Source: Camelus dromedarius (Eukaryota). Taken from it: DNA of 64,000 nt. The position numbers and the translations under genes were made by a program. The first letter of the stretch is position 1, and each line of letters opens with the position of its first letter. The DNA lies in the NCBI RefSeq assembly GCF_036321535.1, contig NC_087436.1, positions 92,010,001-92,074,000 on the forward strand, given 5' to 3'. Below are positions 1 to 12,682 of the stretch, in pieces. Under the pieces are notes generated by a model. That model had not been told where the DNA came from and searched no databases. It saw nothing but the letters and a program-made list of their open reading frames with translations.

Positions 1-1099
1 GGAAAGAGCTATGAATGTTCCCACCAGGACAGACTCTAGAGCTGAAACTGTGAAAGCCAAACCAAAAAATCCAGAGGCAACACTGGTTTATGGCATCGCC
101 CTTTTTGAACCTGGAATCCAGGAGGGAGACTTTGCTACATCCTGGAGCCCCAGTGACACTCAGACTGGGGACGTCTGACTGCTGGTCTCAGAGCAGCTGG
201 AATCAAGGATGACAATGGCAGTGATGGGCTGAGGAGCAAGAGGGCTTTTTCCTGCTGGAAAGAGAAATCATATGAAACTTCCTCTTGGATTATATAGGCC
301 CCCTGAGTTCCTAATCATTACAGAATAAGGAACCCCGAGAGTGTGACACAAGTTTCTTGCCAAGCAAACAAGTAAAGACATAGAGTTTATTCTAATTTGA
401 TGTGAAAATAAACAGGGCTAGTACCCTGGCTGTTGCAGAACACGGTGTACCTGTTGATGTTAATCGGTCCCAGTGGCCATTAGTAAGTTTTGTCCAGCTC
501 TCACCAGAACAGCAAATTAAAACCTCTTCTCACCAGTAACATCAGTTGTGCTGTAAACTGCACAGTTATTGGGGAGGGATGGTGAATTTGAATTACCACC
601 CAAGAGACTCTTTCCAAATTACCCTCACTTTCTTCTCTGTATTCGTATCTCAGCTCTTTTTCCACCCCATTTACAAAATTCTGCGTAACTGTTTCAGGCC
701 TGTGACCAAACTGCCACATCATATCACAGAAATACCATTTGTTTTCATTGTGGCTGTGCAATTTGCAATTATGCTTTAATTTGACTTGATTCCTTCCCAT
801 CTGATCAATGTGTGACCCTGTCATCCAAGTGGCTCAGGAGTCCTTCTTGGCAGAACCATCAGAGGTAAAAGCCAAAAGAGTATGTGTAAACCATATTTAT
901 TTTTACTTTTCTGCTGGGTCTTATGTAGATGTTGGGTTTTTAAATTATGTAACTAATATAATGAATAAGCAAGATACTTGGAGTCCATTCAGAAAGCAAT
1001 TCTATTCTTTATCCCTAATCGTCCATTCAGACTTGGCAAATTCCTCTTCTGAGTCTGGAAGAAATCTCAGATTTCGTACAACTGTTTTAGCAGCTTTCC

Positions 1100-1985
1100 T
1101 GAGGAATAACTGACATACAGTAAACTATATATATTTATAGCATACAATTTGATTAGTCATGATACAGATGACGTTAAGTATGTACTTTCAAACCATTATC
1201 ACAATCAAGTTACCAAATCACTCCCAAAGTTTCATTATGCCCTGTTTTATTCCTTCCCCTTCTCCTTTCTACTTTTAATTTTTATTTACAAGCAACCATT
1301 GATCTGAGTCTGACTTTAAATTAGTTTGGACTTTCTAGAATATTATATAAATGGAATAATTACACCATGTAATATTTTAAGTGTTGTTTCTTTCACTCAG
1401 CATAATTATTTTGAGATTCATCCACATTGTAATGTGTATCAAAGTTCATTCTTTTATTTACTACTAAGCAAGGAGTATTCAATTGTACGGATAAAGCACT
1501 GAAGCACTTTTGCAAATCCAGTCGCACGTTGATAAACATTTGTGTTGTTTTTAGTTTTTCGCTATTACAAATAAAGCTACTGTGAATATTCATGTACAAG
1601 ACTTTTGTATGCACATATCTTTTGTAGCTTTGGGTTAGGCAAAGATTTCTAATATATAAAATTAAACACACACTCTATAAAAGAGTGAATTGTAAACTTC
1701 TGCTCTTGAAAATTAGTGTTAAGAGAATGTAAAAACAAGCCAGAGATGAGGAGAAAGTATTTCACATCATACATATGATAAAGGACTGATACAAGGAATA
1801 TTTTTTAATATTGAAACTCAATAATAAGGAAACTATCAAATTAATAATTGGGAAAAGAGTTAAACAGACACTCCACCAAAGACAATATATGGGTGGCAAA
1901 TAAGCACATGAAAAGATGCTCAACATCATTTGTCATTAGGAATGCTCAAATTAAAACCACAAAGAGATGCCACTGTACACAACTA
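1100..1985 (-). mobile_element. Old L1 (L1MC/MD-like) 3' fragment with inverted 5' part
   Basis: About 1100-1636 reads as an antisense L1 3' end (tcactcagcataattattttgagattcatcc). About 1637-1985 reads as sense ORF2 (ggcaaataagcacatgaaaagatgctcaacatc). Confidence 0.8.
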
Positions 1986-3008
1986 TAGTTAAAGTTCAAG
2001 CTGCTTCTCTCCCCAAGCTCAGGCTTACCTGATGTTGGCACCTAAAGAAACAACGGGTGACTGGCTTCTAATTCATTCTCCTACCATCAAACCCTTCATC
2101 CCTGCACCACTAGCTGATCTTTCTGACTCCTTTAGGGTCTGGCCCAGAAGAAGAAAGACAGATGAGGCTCTTCATGTGATAATATCAGGATAATCTGGTT
2201 TCTCTGAATGTCTCAAGTGTTCAAAACTGATTTTTTTCCCTTTTAAGAGTCTTTGTAATTTTTCTGAAGGAATCCTTGCTCATTGCTTCCAGTTGCTGGA
2301 ATGTCTTGTTGTAGATTCTTGACATCAGTGTTGCACTTTCTGGCTGGAGAATTCTGACTTCCAGTGGTTTAGGGAACCCAGATATTGTGCCTCTATAGAC
2401 AGATCCTTTGGGCTGCAGACCAGCTGTCTCTGTACATGGCTCATATCTTAACCACAAAATGCGTTTATACATGGTTTAGCTTAAGTAGGTCTGTGAGTCC
2501 AGGTTATTGTGAAGTGGCCACCTTTCCTCAGAGCTAGCTTCTGTCTCTCAAAGGGAGGCATCAAAGATGTCTTTTGTAGCCCTTGAACCTAGGGACACAG
2601 GTAAGCTCTCCAACAGCTTCAGAAAGGAATGTACCACAAATCTTTTGTCTATGGGGATTGAGACCAGGGTTCTTCCTGCCCTTTTTAAAGTTATTGATAT
2701 TGGAGTATGAAGAAATCACTCTTTCAACCTTCAAATAGCCAGAACCTCAGCAGTTTCAAATCTTTTATCCATAAAAAAAATGCATGAGGGGCTAGATATC
2801 ACAAGACTAAATTTTGGAATAATCTACTTCATTAAGCTCACATCACGCTCTGGAATGCAGGAGTTCATTCTAGAGAAAAGAAATCCTCTCTAGACCGGAA
2901 ATGGAGATGCAGTCCTAGAAGAAGGAAGCCAACCAGAGGCACAGCTCTAAACATAAATCACTTCCATCAATCTGGAACTGACCCTGCATTAACACAGTGG
3001 GAAAACTT

Positions 3009-3074
3009 TTCTTAAAAAAAGGAAAAGTGCCAGCAATGGAGTTCTTAAAAAAAGGAAAAGTGCAAGCAATGGAG
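3009..3074. repeat. 33-bp tandem duplication (1 mismatch)
   Basis: ttcttaaaaaaaggaaaagtgc(c/a)agcaatggag x2. Confidence 0.9.
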
Positions 3075-3099
3075 AATCTCAAAATATGTGAGAAAATCC

Positions 3100-5576
3100 A
3101 ATACCAAGAGTCATTGATAAAAAATTCAACAATATAATGTACAAATTAGAAACAGAGATTCTAGAATAATTTGTAAAGGAGTTTCAAATAAATAAGCTAA
3201 TATTTTCAGAGAATGAACTCATCTACAACAAGTAACAAAAATGAATACTTATGAGAGAGGAATTAAATAGAAAAGGAAGATGCAATTATTAAAATGTTTT
3301 ATTAAATATGCAGATAATTATTAGTCTGGACACAGGCAAAGAACAAACTAATGAGTCAAAATATAAAAAGGAATTTTCCCATGGTATATCTTAAAAGTAT
3401 AAATACATGTGAAAAGTGACTAAATAGATGAGAGGCAAATAGAACAAACTGAGAATATTTGATACCCATACAAGAAGAAAATAAAGAGTAATTAGAATCA
3501 TGTATAAGATAAATATAGGTGAAAAGTCAAAAGATGTAAAAATACATAACATGTTAACAATAATCAAAACAAAAATGTAGAATTGCCATATTAGTATCAG
3601 ACAAGTAGATTTCAGAGCAGAGTATTACTAGGGATAAAGGGTACTATTTCATAATAATAAAGTAATCAATTCATTAAATAAACAAAACAGTCCTGCATGG
3701 TTTTACACCTGATACCAGTGTTTCAAAATATATAAAGCAAAAATGAATAGAACTGCAAAAAGAAAAAAACAAATCCACAGCTATAGCTGGAAATTTTAGC
3801 ACTCATTCAATAAATGATAAAAAAAATGCCAAATTCAGAAAAGAAAGAGAAAACATGAACCACATTATCAGCAAATCCAGCCCAAATGACATTTACAGAA
3901 CACCCCACCTAATAACAGCACAATGCACGTTCTTTTCAAAAAAACTTGGAAAATTTGTCAAAATAGACCATGTTCTGGACCATAAAACAAATCAATACAT
4001 TCATGAATAATTCAAGTAATACAGTTTTCAACACATGTATTATTGGCATAAATACAGACAAATAAATCATTAGAACAGAATAGAGAGTTCAGAAGTAGAT
4101 CCATACATATATGGCCAACTGATATTTGAAAGGATGCAAAGGCAATTTAGTAAAGAAAGGGTAGTCTTTTCAACAAATGATGCTCGACATTGAATATCTT
4201 ATGCAAAAATTAAAAAGGTTAACTTCAATTCGTAGCTTGAATCATATATCAGAACTAACTCAAAATGATTATAAATGCAAATGTGAAACTTAAAGTTATA
4301 AAACTTCTAGAAGAAAATGAAAGAAAATCATTGTGTCCTTGCATTAGGCAAAAATGTCTTAGTTATAATGCCAAAAGTATAAAAGAAAACAATAATAAAT
4401 TGAATTTTATTAAATTCAGACTTTTGTTCTTTGAAAGACACTGTCAAGATAACAAAAGGGCAAGTCAAAGACTGGGAGAAAATATTTGCAAATCACATAT
4501 CTGAAAGAAGACTTGTATCCAGAATATACATAGAACTCTAAAATGTCAGTTATAAGAAAATGACCATATTAGAAAAAAAAGCAAATATTTGTGAGACATT
4601 TCACAAATAAAGATATACAGGTGCCAGATAAGAACATGAGAAGATGCTCAACGTCATTAGTCTTTGGGAAAATGCAAATTAGAACCACAAAAATAATACT
4701 ATATACCTGTTAGGTTGGTTAAAAAGATATCTTTTTAAGAAATTATTTTAAATAATTTTTATTAGCTTTACCAAATAATGACAAAGATGTAGAGCAATTG
4801 GAACTTTCATACACTATGGGTAAAATGTAAATGGCATAATTTCTTTTGAAAACTGGAAGCTTCTTAAAAAAATTAAATACTCCCCTAGCCTATGATGTAG
4901 TCACTCTACCCCCAGGTGTTTACTCAAGAGAACTGAAAGTTTAAGGCCTCATAAACTTTGTACATGAAGGTCCACGGCAGTTTTATTTGGAATAGCCAGA
5001 AACCGGAAACAAGCCAAATGCCCATCAAGAAGTGAATGGACGACTGACATTGAGGTTGCTTTTGGTTATTGTGAATAATGTGCTTCAACATATGTGTACA
5101 TTTAATGACTTTTTAAAAATGATGTTAATGACTTTAAAAATAATAAAGAAGTGAATGGATAAACAAATTGAGATACAGCCATACATCAAAAGGCTAGTCA
5201 TTAATTTAAAAAGTGAAGTACAGACACCTGCAATGACATAGATGTTTCTCAGAATTATTATGTTGAGTGAAAGAAGCCAGAGGCGAAAATAAGAAGTATA
5301 TATTACATGATTTCATTTATATAAAATTCTGAAAATTGAAAACTAATCTATAGTAACAGAAAGTAAGTGAGTAGCTGCCGGGAGGAGGGGGAGTGACGTG
5401 GGGGCGGGAGAGTGGAAGGACTTACCGAGGGAGAGGACGCTTTGGGAGTGAAGAATATTTTCATTATCTTGATTTTGGTGATGGATTCATATGTGTCTAA
5501 ATATGGCAAGAGTTATCAAATTGTATAATTTAAATATTGTAGATTATTATATGTCAATTGTACCTCAATAAAAGCA
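3100..5576 (+). mobile_element. Old L1 (L1MC-like): decayed 5' part, ORF2 endonuclease region, internal deletion, ORF2 3' part and 3'UTR
   Basis: EN-region sequence at about 3540-4020 (tatcagacaagtagatttcagagc), then a jump to late ORF2 (ORF 4265..4504, KLLEENE...LGENICKSHI), ending at tacctcaataaaa. The 5' boundary is uncertain. Confidence 0.8.
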
Positions 5577-5860
5577 CTGAAAGTATTTTTCAGATATTTT
5601 ACAGAAATAATGAAAAAAACACCCAACCCTCAGCATGTGTTAGGGCTGGGCTGATCGTGACTTGATTCATAGCTCCCAGAGCAAGGTGAATGCCCTTTTC
5701 TGCACTTGCCACTGAAACTTCCATACAATTATTGAGCAAAAAGACCAAGAGTAGAAAGGTCAGTCCGAGGTGGCTTCTCTGTAGACAGAGACTGACCTCC
5801 CCAGCCTGTCTCACGTGGGATGCAAGATGCAGCCATGAATCTCAGCTGTTCATGTGTGTC

Positions 5861-6012
5861 TGAGTCCTGCTACCACCACTTCCAAACTCTGTTAACACTG
5901 CGCTAAACATTTTTGTTCTCAGAATCCCATTTTCTTTATCTGTAGACTGGAGACTATAATACCTACCTCCCAAGGGCTGTTAGATGAGAATTCAGTGAGT
6001 GACATATGCAGA
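5861..6012 (+). mobile_element. MIR SINE
   Basis: MIR core ttttctttatctgtagactggagactataatacctacctccc. Confidence 0.7.
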
Positions 6013-6704
6013 ATCAATTTTTCAAGAAAAGCTCTATTCCTCCATAATTATGGTTATGACAAGATGCATGATCTGAAGAAGCTGTCAGTACCTGTGTTGA
6101 AATACATCCCTTACTTGTTGAAGAGGACAGTCCGAGAACAACGTGTGCTCATATCATTTCCATTTCTAACAAAATAGTGAAATAAAATGCTTTTTAAAGA
6201 AAAAAGATTAGGTCACTTTTACCCCAGAGTACTCGGAGCAGTAAAGCACGTTCCAACATGTAAACTTCAGTTCCTTTTAAAGTACAGCCAGCTGAACAGA
6301 CAAAAAGAAGGAATGCAGTTGCTACATTATGGGGGGAAATGTTCCTGAGCAAAATGTCTATTGCTCTGTCACAGAGATGCAAAGCCTCACTAATTAGAAT
6401 GAATTAGCATTGGTAGGGCTCCCATGAAATGAACTGAAGACTGGTTGACATGTAATCAACAAAGAGCAATGATAAATGACGTTGTGCTGAATTGGGCTGA
6501 TGTGATTAATAGAATCTACAGAAGTCCAAGCTGCCTTTTTACTTGGCTTAATATTTTCCTGAATGGATTCAAGAAGGAGATTTTTTTAAAGCACATCAAT
6601 TTAAATAAATAGGAAATAGTGGAAATGATAGATGTTTTAAATCCCAGAGAAGTCAAGTATAAGATAATACCTCCTCCTTACACTCTTCTAGGGCTGTTTC
6701 CAAA

Positions 6705-6858
6705 GGGCTCTCACATCCTTCCATTTAATGCTCAGTAAGACGTAATGAATTAGACAAAGTTGACATTAACCCCCATTGTATAATTGAAGATCCAAAACTC
6801 AGAAAGCTCGGGTCACTTGTCCAAGGTCATACAGCTAGTAAATTTCAGACCTGGATCT
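6705..6858 (-). mobile_element. MIR SINE
   Basis: aactcagaaagctcgggtcacttgtccaaggtcatacagctagtaa. Confidence 0.75.
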
Positions 6859-6859
6859 A

Positions 6860-7272
6860 TGGAGATCATTTGCTCTATTTTTATCTGCTCAGCAGCTATT
6901 AACATTCTGAAAATAATACCTTGATTTTGGAGGCGGAGGTAATCACCACTCTCTCTCTCTCTTCAATCATGTAGTTTTAAAGTGGCTAACACCACTCATA
7001 GGTTCAGGGTGTAGTTTTTAACTCCTGCTGGATTTGTCAAGGAAAAGATGATCCTTTTTTTATTCTGGGGCTGTGTAACTTGCTTAGCTGGAAACACAGA
7101 TCTACCAAAGGTCACCACATACCACATGGAAAATGTCTGCCTAAAAATTAACCCCAATTAAAGGACAGCAATGCCAACAAAAGGAAGGGGAGAGAGAGAG
7201 AGAGGAGTTGTCTGGGGTCATCATTTGAATCCCTGAATGTGGCATTGAGCTGTGCCCAAAACCAGACTAAGT
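6860..7272 (+). mobile_element. Ancient ERVL LTR (LTR16/LTR33-like), interrupted
   Basis: gtcatcatttgaatccctgaatgtggcattgagctgtgcccaaaaccaga resembles the LTR16/33 3' half; it probably resumes at about 7680-7745. Confidence 0.45.
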
Positions 7273-7642
7273 GTTAAGTGTGCTAAGGTTGGTCCCTGCC
7301 CACATCCCCTTTCTTGCCCTCTCATGACTGTGACCTCATGCCATTCAAACACACCAGTAAGGTCCCCTCATGCTTTTTGCTTGCCTACTCAACCGTGACC
7401 CCCAATAGAGGCACTTGCTCACAGACTCTCCCTCTCCCTTAGCCCCCCACCTGCTTGGTGAGCCCAGTCTCTTGGAGCTTCTCCCATATGGCCCCCTACA
7501 TGCTGTGCTTCCCTCTTCTATGATCTGTGAGTGTAATAAATTTATTACTCTTTCATATGCCTTGCCATAGCGTTTTTCTATGTCTGCACCACACTGAGCA
7601 TCAAAAACCTTTTTTAAAATAGTGTAATTATTCCTTACAACA
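7273..7642 (+). mobile_element. ERVL solo LTR (MER76/MER54-like)
   Basis: TG...CA termini (tgttaag...ttacaaca), internal AATAAA, and the family-type motif ttctcccatatggccccctacatgctgtgcttccc. Confidence 0.6.
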
Positions 7643-7794
7643 CATGTATCCATCTAAAGTTTTATTTCCATACTCCACCCCCCGGACTCCTTCCCATTGA
7701 CTGCTAAGTTATGCCTTGGCTTACTTAGCTAACCTGGAATCAGAAGAGTTATAGCCTCAAATAATTACTCTGAAATAAATTTTACATACTACCA

Positions 7795-7920
7795 AATGTG
7801 TTCCTACATGTATTTCATTTGATCCTCCTCAACATAGCTTTGTGGCAAGCCGGGCAATAAAATCCCATCTGTGAAGATAAGAAATCCGGACTCAGATGAG
7901 ACATGTCTGGCCTAGGGTCG
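7795..7920 (-). mobile_element. MIR SINE fragment
   Basis: tcatttgatcctc...cccatctgtgaagataagaaatccggactcagatgag. Confidence 0.6.
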
Positions 7921-8679
7921 CCCCACCATTGGGTGAGGAGATGAACCAGCTCCCCTTCCAGGATGCCATTCTACTTTTCATTGTTTTCTTGGATGAAATC
8001 TGTATGTTTCTTCAGTCTAATCTTAAAATATGACCAATTTCCATCTCCTTAGATAGCTCCAACCCAAAGCTCACAATCGTTATCTCTAACCCATTATCTG
8101 GTGATATCCCTTTTATTATTTGCCCTTCAGCTATTTTCACTCAAGTTTAATGGCCTTCTTTGATGCCCTTGACTGCCATCTCTATTTTTTGTAGACTGCC
8201 CTGTGGACAGGTTTGAGCATCTTAAGGCCATGATGCACTTCGGCGATCTTTAATTTACTAACAACCACCTGTCTTCTTCCTGACACTCAGTCATTCAAAC
8301 TGCTCTCCACCCTCCCTGAAACCTTCAGCCCCTCCCCACCATCTTCCCCAAACCCCCCACCTTGAACCTGCAGAACAGTAACCTGGTCACAGATAGTAAA
8401 GACTCCACCATTTCCAGCAGCTGATGGCTGCTGAAATCAGATCATACAGATGTGTCACCTATGTGCTCAATAAATAAAAAGAACAAAAAGAGAAACACAC
8501 ATCTAGGTCTCCTCATGTTCTACCCTGGTCCCAGATTCAACATTAAACATTTTTTTTTAATTCTCTAAGGGAATATACCAAGAGATATTCCAAAGCCTAA
8601 AATTTACAGTATCATAGAGTGAAAGGAATCTGGTAGATGAGGAAACTGAGCGCCAGAGAAATAAGGAGGACCTCTACTA

Positions 8680-9060
8680 GTGAAGGCAGGCTAATTGCTG
8701 TAGCCCACAATGCCAAAATTACAGGGGCTTAGCTACTATTATATCACACTGCTACTCTATTCCTCAATTAAATTATAATCCAGTTCCGGATGGCAGATGC
8801 ATACATCAGAGGTCCAAGGTCCTTCTATCTGGGTCCTTGCCTTCTTTTTTCAACTGGTGGATGGAGAAAGAACAGCACATGGAGAGCCCAGCAGGGGTTT
8901 TCAAGGGTCTGAACTGGACCAGCTGTACATCATGCCGGCTCTCACTTCAATGACCACAACTCAGTCACAGAGGTACATTTGACAGCAAGAGAAGCTGAGA
9001 AATATGAGAAAGTCAAGAAAAATGAGAAAGCTTTTTTTGGAAAAACATTGCAGAGATGAC
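8680..9060 (-). mobile_element. MaLR LTR (MLT1-like), old
   Basis: aggctaattgctgtagcccacaatgccaaaattacaggggcttag ... gcaagagaagctgagaaatatg. Confidence 0.5.
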
Positions 9061-9061
9061 A

Positions 9062-9226
9062 ACGAGACTTATCATGGTGATTATTTTGAAATATAAAGAA
9101 ATATCGAATCACTATGTTGTATACCATGAACTAACATAGTGTTGTAGATCAATTACACTTCAAAAACAAACACACACACCCACCGAAAAAGAGATCAGAT
9201 CTGTGGTTACTCAAGCTGGGAGGTAG
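9062..9226 (+). mobile_element. L1 3'UTR fragment
   Basis: aatatcgaatcactatgttgtataccatgaactaacatagtgttgtagatcaattacacttca. Confidence 0.65.
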
Positions 9227-9227
9227 G

Positions 9228-9624
9228 AAGTTTAGAAGTCTGACATGGGTCTCTCTGGGCCAAAATCAAGGTGCAGGTAAGGCTGTATTTCTTTCTGGAT
9301 GCTCTTGGAATTGGATCTGTTTCCTTGTCTTTTTCACCCACATTCCTTGCATGCGGTTCCTTTCTTCCATCTTCAAACTCAACATTGCATCTCTCTGACC
9401 ATCCTTATGTCACATCCCCCTCTGATCCTCTTCTTCTGCATCTTTCTTCCAATTAAGGATCCTCAGGATTATATTTGGTCCAGTGGATAATCCAGGATAA
9501 TATCTCTGTTTTCAGGTCACCTGATTAGCAACTTTAATTCCCGTTTGCCACGTAGGGCAACATATTTACAGGATCCAGGTATTCGGACATGGACTTTTAG
9601 GGGACTGTTATTCTGTCTACAACA
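9228..9624 (-). mobile_element. MaLR LTR (MLT1C/D-like)
   Basis: aagtctgacatgggtctctctgggccaaaatcaaggtg ... ataatccaggataatatctc ... ttattctgtctacaaca. Confidence 0.75.
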
Positions 9625-10655
9625 ATTACTGTTTTACAAGAGGTTGAGATGGGGAAATGGATTTAGGCTGTGTATTAATTGATATTTATAAGGCACTAGC
9701 CCAAATGACTGTGTGTTCTTGTAAAAGTGGGATGGAAAGGGATGGAGAAAGGCAGTAAAATGTTAGTATTTGTGAAAGAGAAGGCCCAGAGGAGAGCAGC
9801 TGAAATGACTGTTTTTTTGAAAACCTTTGTAAGTCTCCGGCACAATTTTGGGAATTTGAAAGACGATTCTCTTTGTTTGGGTTCTGGCAGTCTCACGGGG
9901 CATCAGGAAGGCTCTTTCAGGAAACTTTAAGGGCCGGGTGAGTCAAAATAGGGGGGGGGGGAAAGACGACTAAAGCACTTAGGCTGACTACTTTGCCAGC
10001 ATAAGGATGTCCTTCTTTGGAGAAATCATTGAGGTCACTATTCTGGGGGACCTTAAAGCCATTGTTCAGGTAATAGGTTCTAGAGCTAAAATTTGGTCTC
10101 AAAAAGCTAATTCCACTTCAAAACCTCCTCAGAGAACTTTAAAGCCAATAGATAGATAGATAGATCAATCAAATATATCACTATCTTAACTCCTCTATGC
10201 ATTTTAATTCTCTTCTATCATTAAATAAGATCAAAGCAATATCAAAGGATTCACTTGACTACGGCTTCTTTTGGTTCCATGATCCGAGGTAGAATTTGGA
10301 AGTATTCTTTTTTATTGTACATTCTGCCATCTCTTCATTCATTTACGCTGTATTAGTTCGCGCTATACAGCTTTGCTTAATGGAAATACTGTAGCAGCGC
10401 TGAAAGCAAAAGTTACTCGAAAGAATCTCCTTCCTTGCTGTAATTTCCTGAAAACAATCCCACTGAAGAGATTGAGGTACTTCTCCGAGAGAGAGAGAAT
10501 AAATTTGACTTTAGAGGAGTCCATGGGAGGAACACAGATGGGGAAGGTCTTTCCCAGAAGAAGACTTTTCTGAAGATCAACGTAGGATACCGGTATCTGT
10601 GGTTTTTCATTAGGAGCCTGCGCACTGTTTCAGACAGTATTTCAAGAGGACATCA

Positions 10656-10669
10656 ACCTTAGAGGGCGC
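10656..10669 (+). promoter_or_regulatory. Candidate CTCF site
   Basis: accttagagggcgc, 11/14 match to CCACTAGAGGGCGC, CpG retained, in non-repeat DNA. Confidence 0.4.
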
Positions 10670-12615
10670 CAGCCAGCAAAAGTGATTCGTTCACAATGGG
10701 CTTAGGGATTTCAGCCACTGGGCCCCCAGCCTGTGAAAGATTCCCATGCTTTAAGTATGACCTAGAAGCATCAGAACCAGTGGAATCCCTGAACATCTCA
10801 GCAGCAATTTGTGTCGCTGGTAATAGATAACAAGGAGGCATCCTCAGGATCCGGACCTTAGCCGTGTGAAATCTGCAGTGCACTGTACTTCGCTGGAGAA
10901 AGGGAATGCAGCAATGATGGAGTCGGATTTCCTGTCCCCTCAACAAAAAGGAATGGGATTTCAAAAGTGAGCTGATTCAAAAAAGTCAAGAGATGTGCTC
11001 TTTCGTGTTAATTTGTAAACAAAGATTCTTACCTGGTTTTAGCCCCCTCTCCTCCATGACTGCATTGTTAGCAGTAGGTTTTCTGCAAACACTACTCTTA
11101 AGCATTGTCATAGTATATGTACTGCCCTTAACTCTCCACCCACCCTCGATGAAGGAATCAGAATAAACAGTTACTGTGTTTTCTGGTATCTACCAATAAG
11201 CCTTCCCTGAATCTGCTCTTTCTATAAGATCACTAAGGATCTTCCTGGATTGTGGGTTCAACCACAACCTCCACAAGACTGTAACTGTGAGCTCTGAACA
11301 GAAGTAATTCAGAGAGGACCCCCACCACCACCCCCAGTGAAGGAAGCATAGCTGTCTTAAGCACCAAGCACACAGACTGCAACAAGGAAGGGTGAAATGA
11401 CTGAGGAAATGCACTTCTCTCTGTAGGTCTGGAGGTGCAGACCAGCACCTCACCCCAGAGTGGATAAGTTGCCTATGTATTGCTCTGTCATTGAAGTGTT
11501 CACAACGACAGGATTGGCTCATTTTTAGAAATAATAGCAAGAAAGAGAAAGAAATGCCTAGGGTATTTTGGGACTTGAATTACTCAGAAACAAGGGGTCC
11601 AGTGATTTTTATTTTGTCATCATTGATGCTAAGCTCTCCTTATGGAGAAGAGAGACATCATGTCCACTATATTTTAGGGTCAATCCTACTTTGTGATTGA
11701 TAGTAAATAAAAACTTACTTGCTTTCAAGAGGCTGTTAAGGTTCTTGTAGGTGAATGGGAGGAAAGTATTTGGAGAGAAACCTACAGAAGATGCGTAGCA
11801 AAGAAGCAACAATAAAATTAATGATACTATATGCTAAGTCATCTTCCAAGTATCTTATGTGAATTATCTTATTTAATTTAACTGATAAAATGTTAGCATG
11901 AAATTACAAATTAAAAACAAAAAGACTTCAAACTCATCTTTTCTATTTATGGGTAACATCAAACTATTGCTATTATGCCAACCTTATTATTTTGTAAACG
12001 TTTACATTGAAAATTAGTAAATATTTCAATAATACCCACATCAATGAAATGAGTATGAATTTTATTACACATATAGCTGTTAACACCTGAATCTTCTCGG
12101 ATTTTTATTTAAGTATTTAGAAACATTAAATAATATGATCAGAGGCATGCACAGATAATGCTCAAATTCCAAAAGAGTAGAACCCATTTTTTAAAAAAAT
12201 TTTATTCTGGTAGAAAATATTTAAATACAATAGTGCTTTCTTTTCTGGTTAATTATTCTCAGTGACATTTTGAGATCAGAATCAGCCTGTAATTATTCTT
12301 TTACTAAAACCCCTGAAATTTAAGTTGAGCTGACAAAAGACTACTTAAGTCTAAGAACTTTTGAAAAATTACCTCTAAGTGAGTCAGCTAGAACTAATTT
12401 TATTTTATTAAGATTTAATTTTTTTTTAAATCCCGGATTCTTCAAGGTGAATAAGAGGCTTCCTGATATTGAAAAAACTTAAAAGACAATACAGGGAAAA
12501 CCTGTCACTGAAAAAATGACAGTAAGCTTTCATAGAACTTCAGTTCAGCCGGGGACTCCTGAGATGCACGTGTTAAATTCTTATCACGTACCCTGGAAGG
12601 GAGCAGGTATTTAAC

Positions 12616-12682
12616 ATTTACCTACATTTACCTACAATCATTTACCTACAATTTACCTACAATTCAAACATTTACCTACAAT
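12616..12682. repeat. Five imperfectly spaced copies of ATTTACCTACA
   Basis: Directly visible in the sequence. Confidence 0.85.

Noticed and set aside
501..1113. ORFs 501..824(-) and 808..1113(+) with faint ERVL-pol-like words (KWYFCD; SPFRKQ)
   Set aside because: The two motifs are on opposite strands with no extended similarity, so no assignment is possible without a search.
2600..2745. Minus-strand FKKGRKNPG resembling the CR1/L3 RT motif FKKGKKEDPGNYRP
   Set aside because: A single short motif whose flanks do not continue the match.
10360..10964. Several 65-100 codon stop-free frames considered as an exon or endogenous viral element
   Set aside because: No recognisable protein in the frames I translated and no coherent splice structure; kept only as a regulatory candidate.
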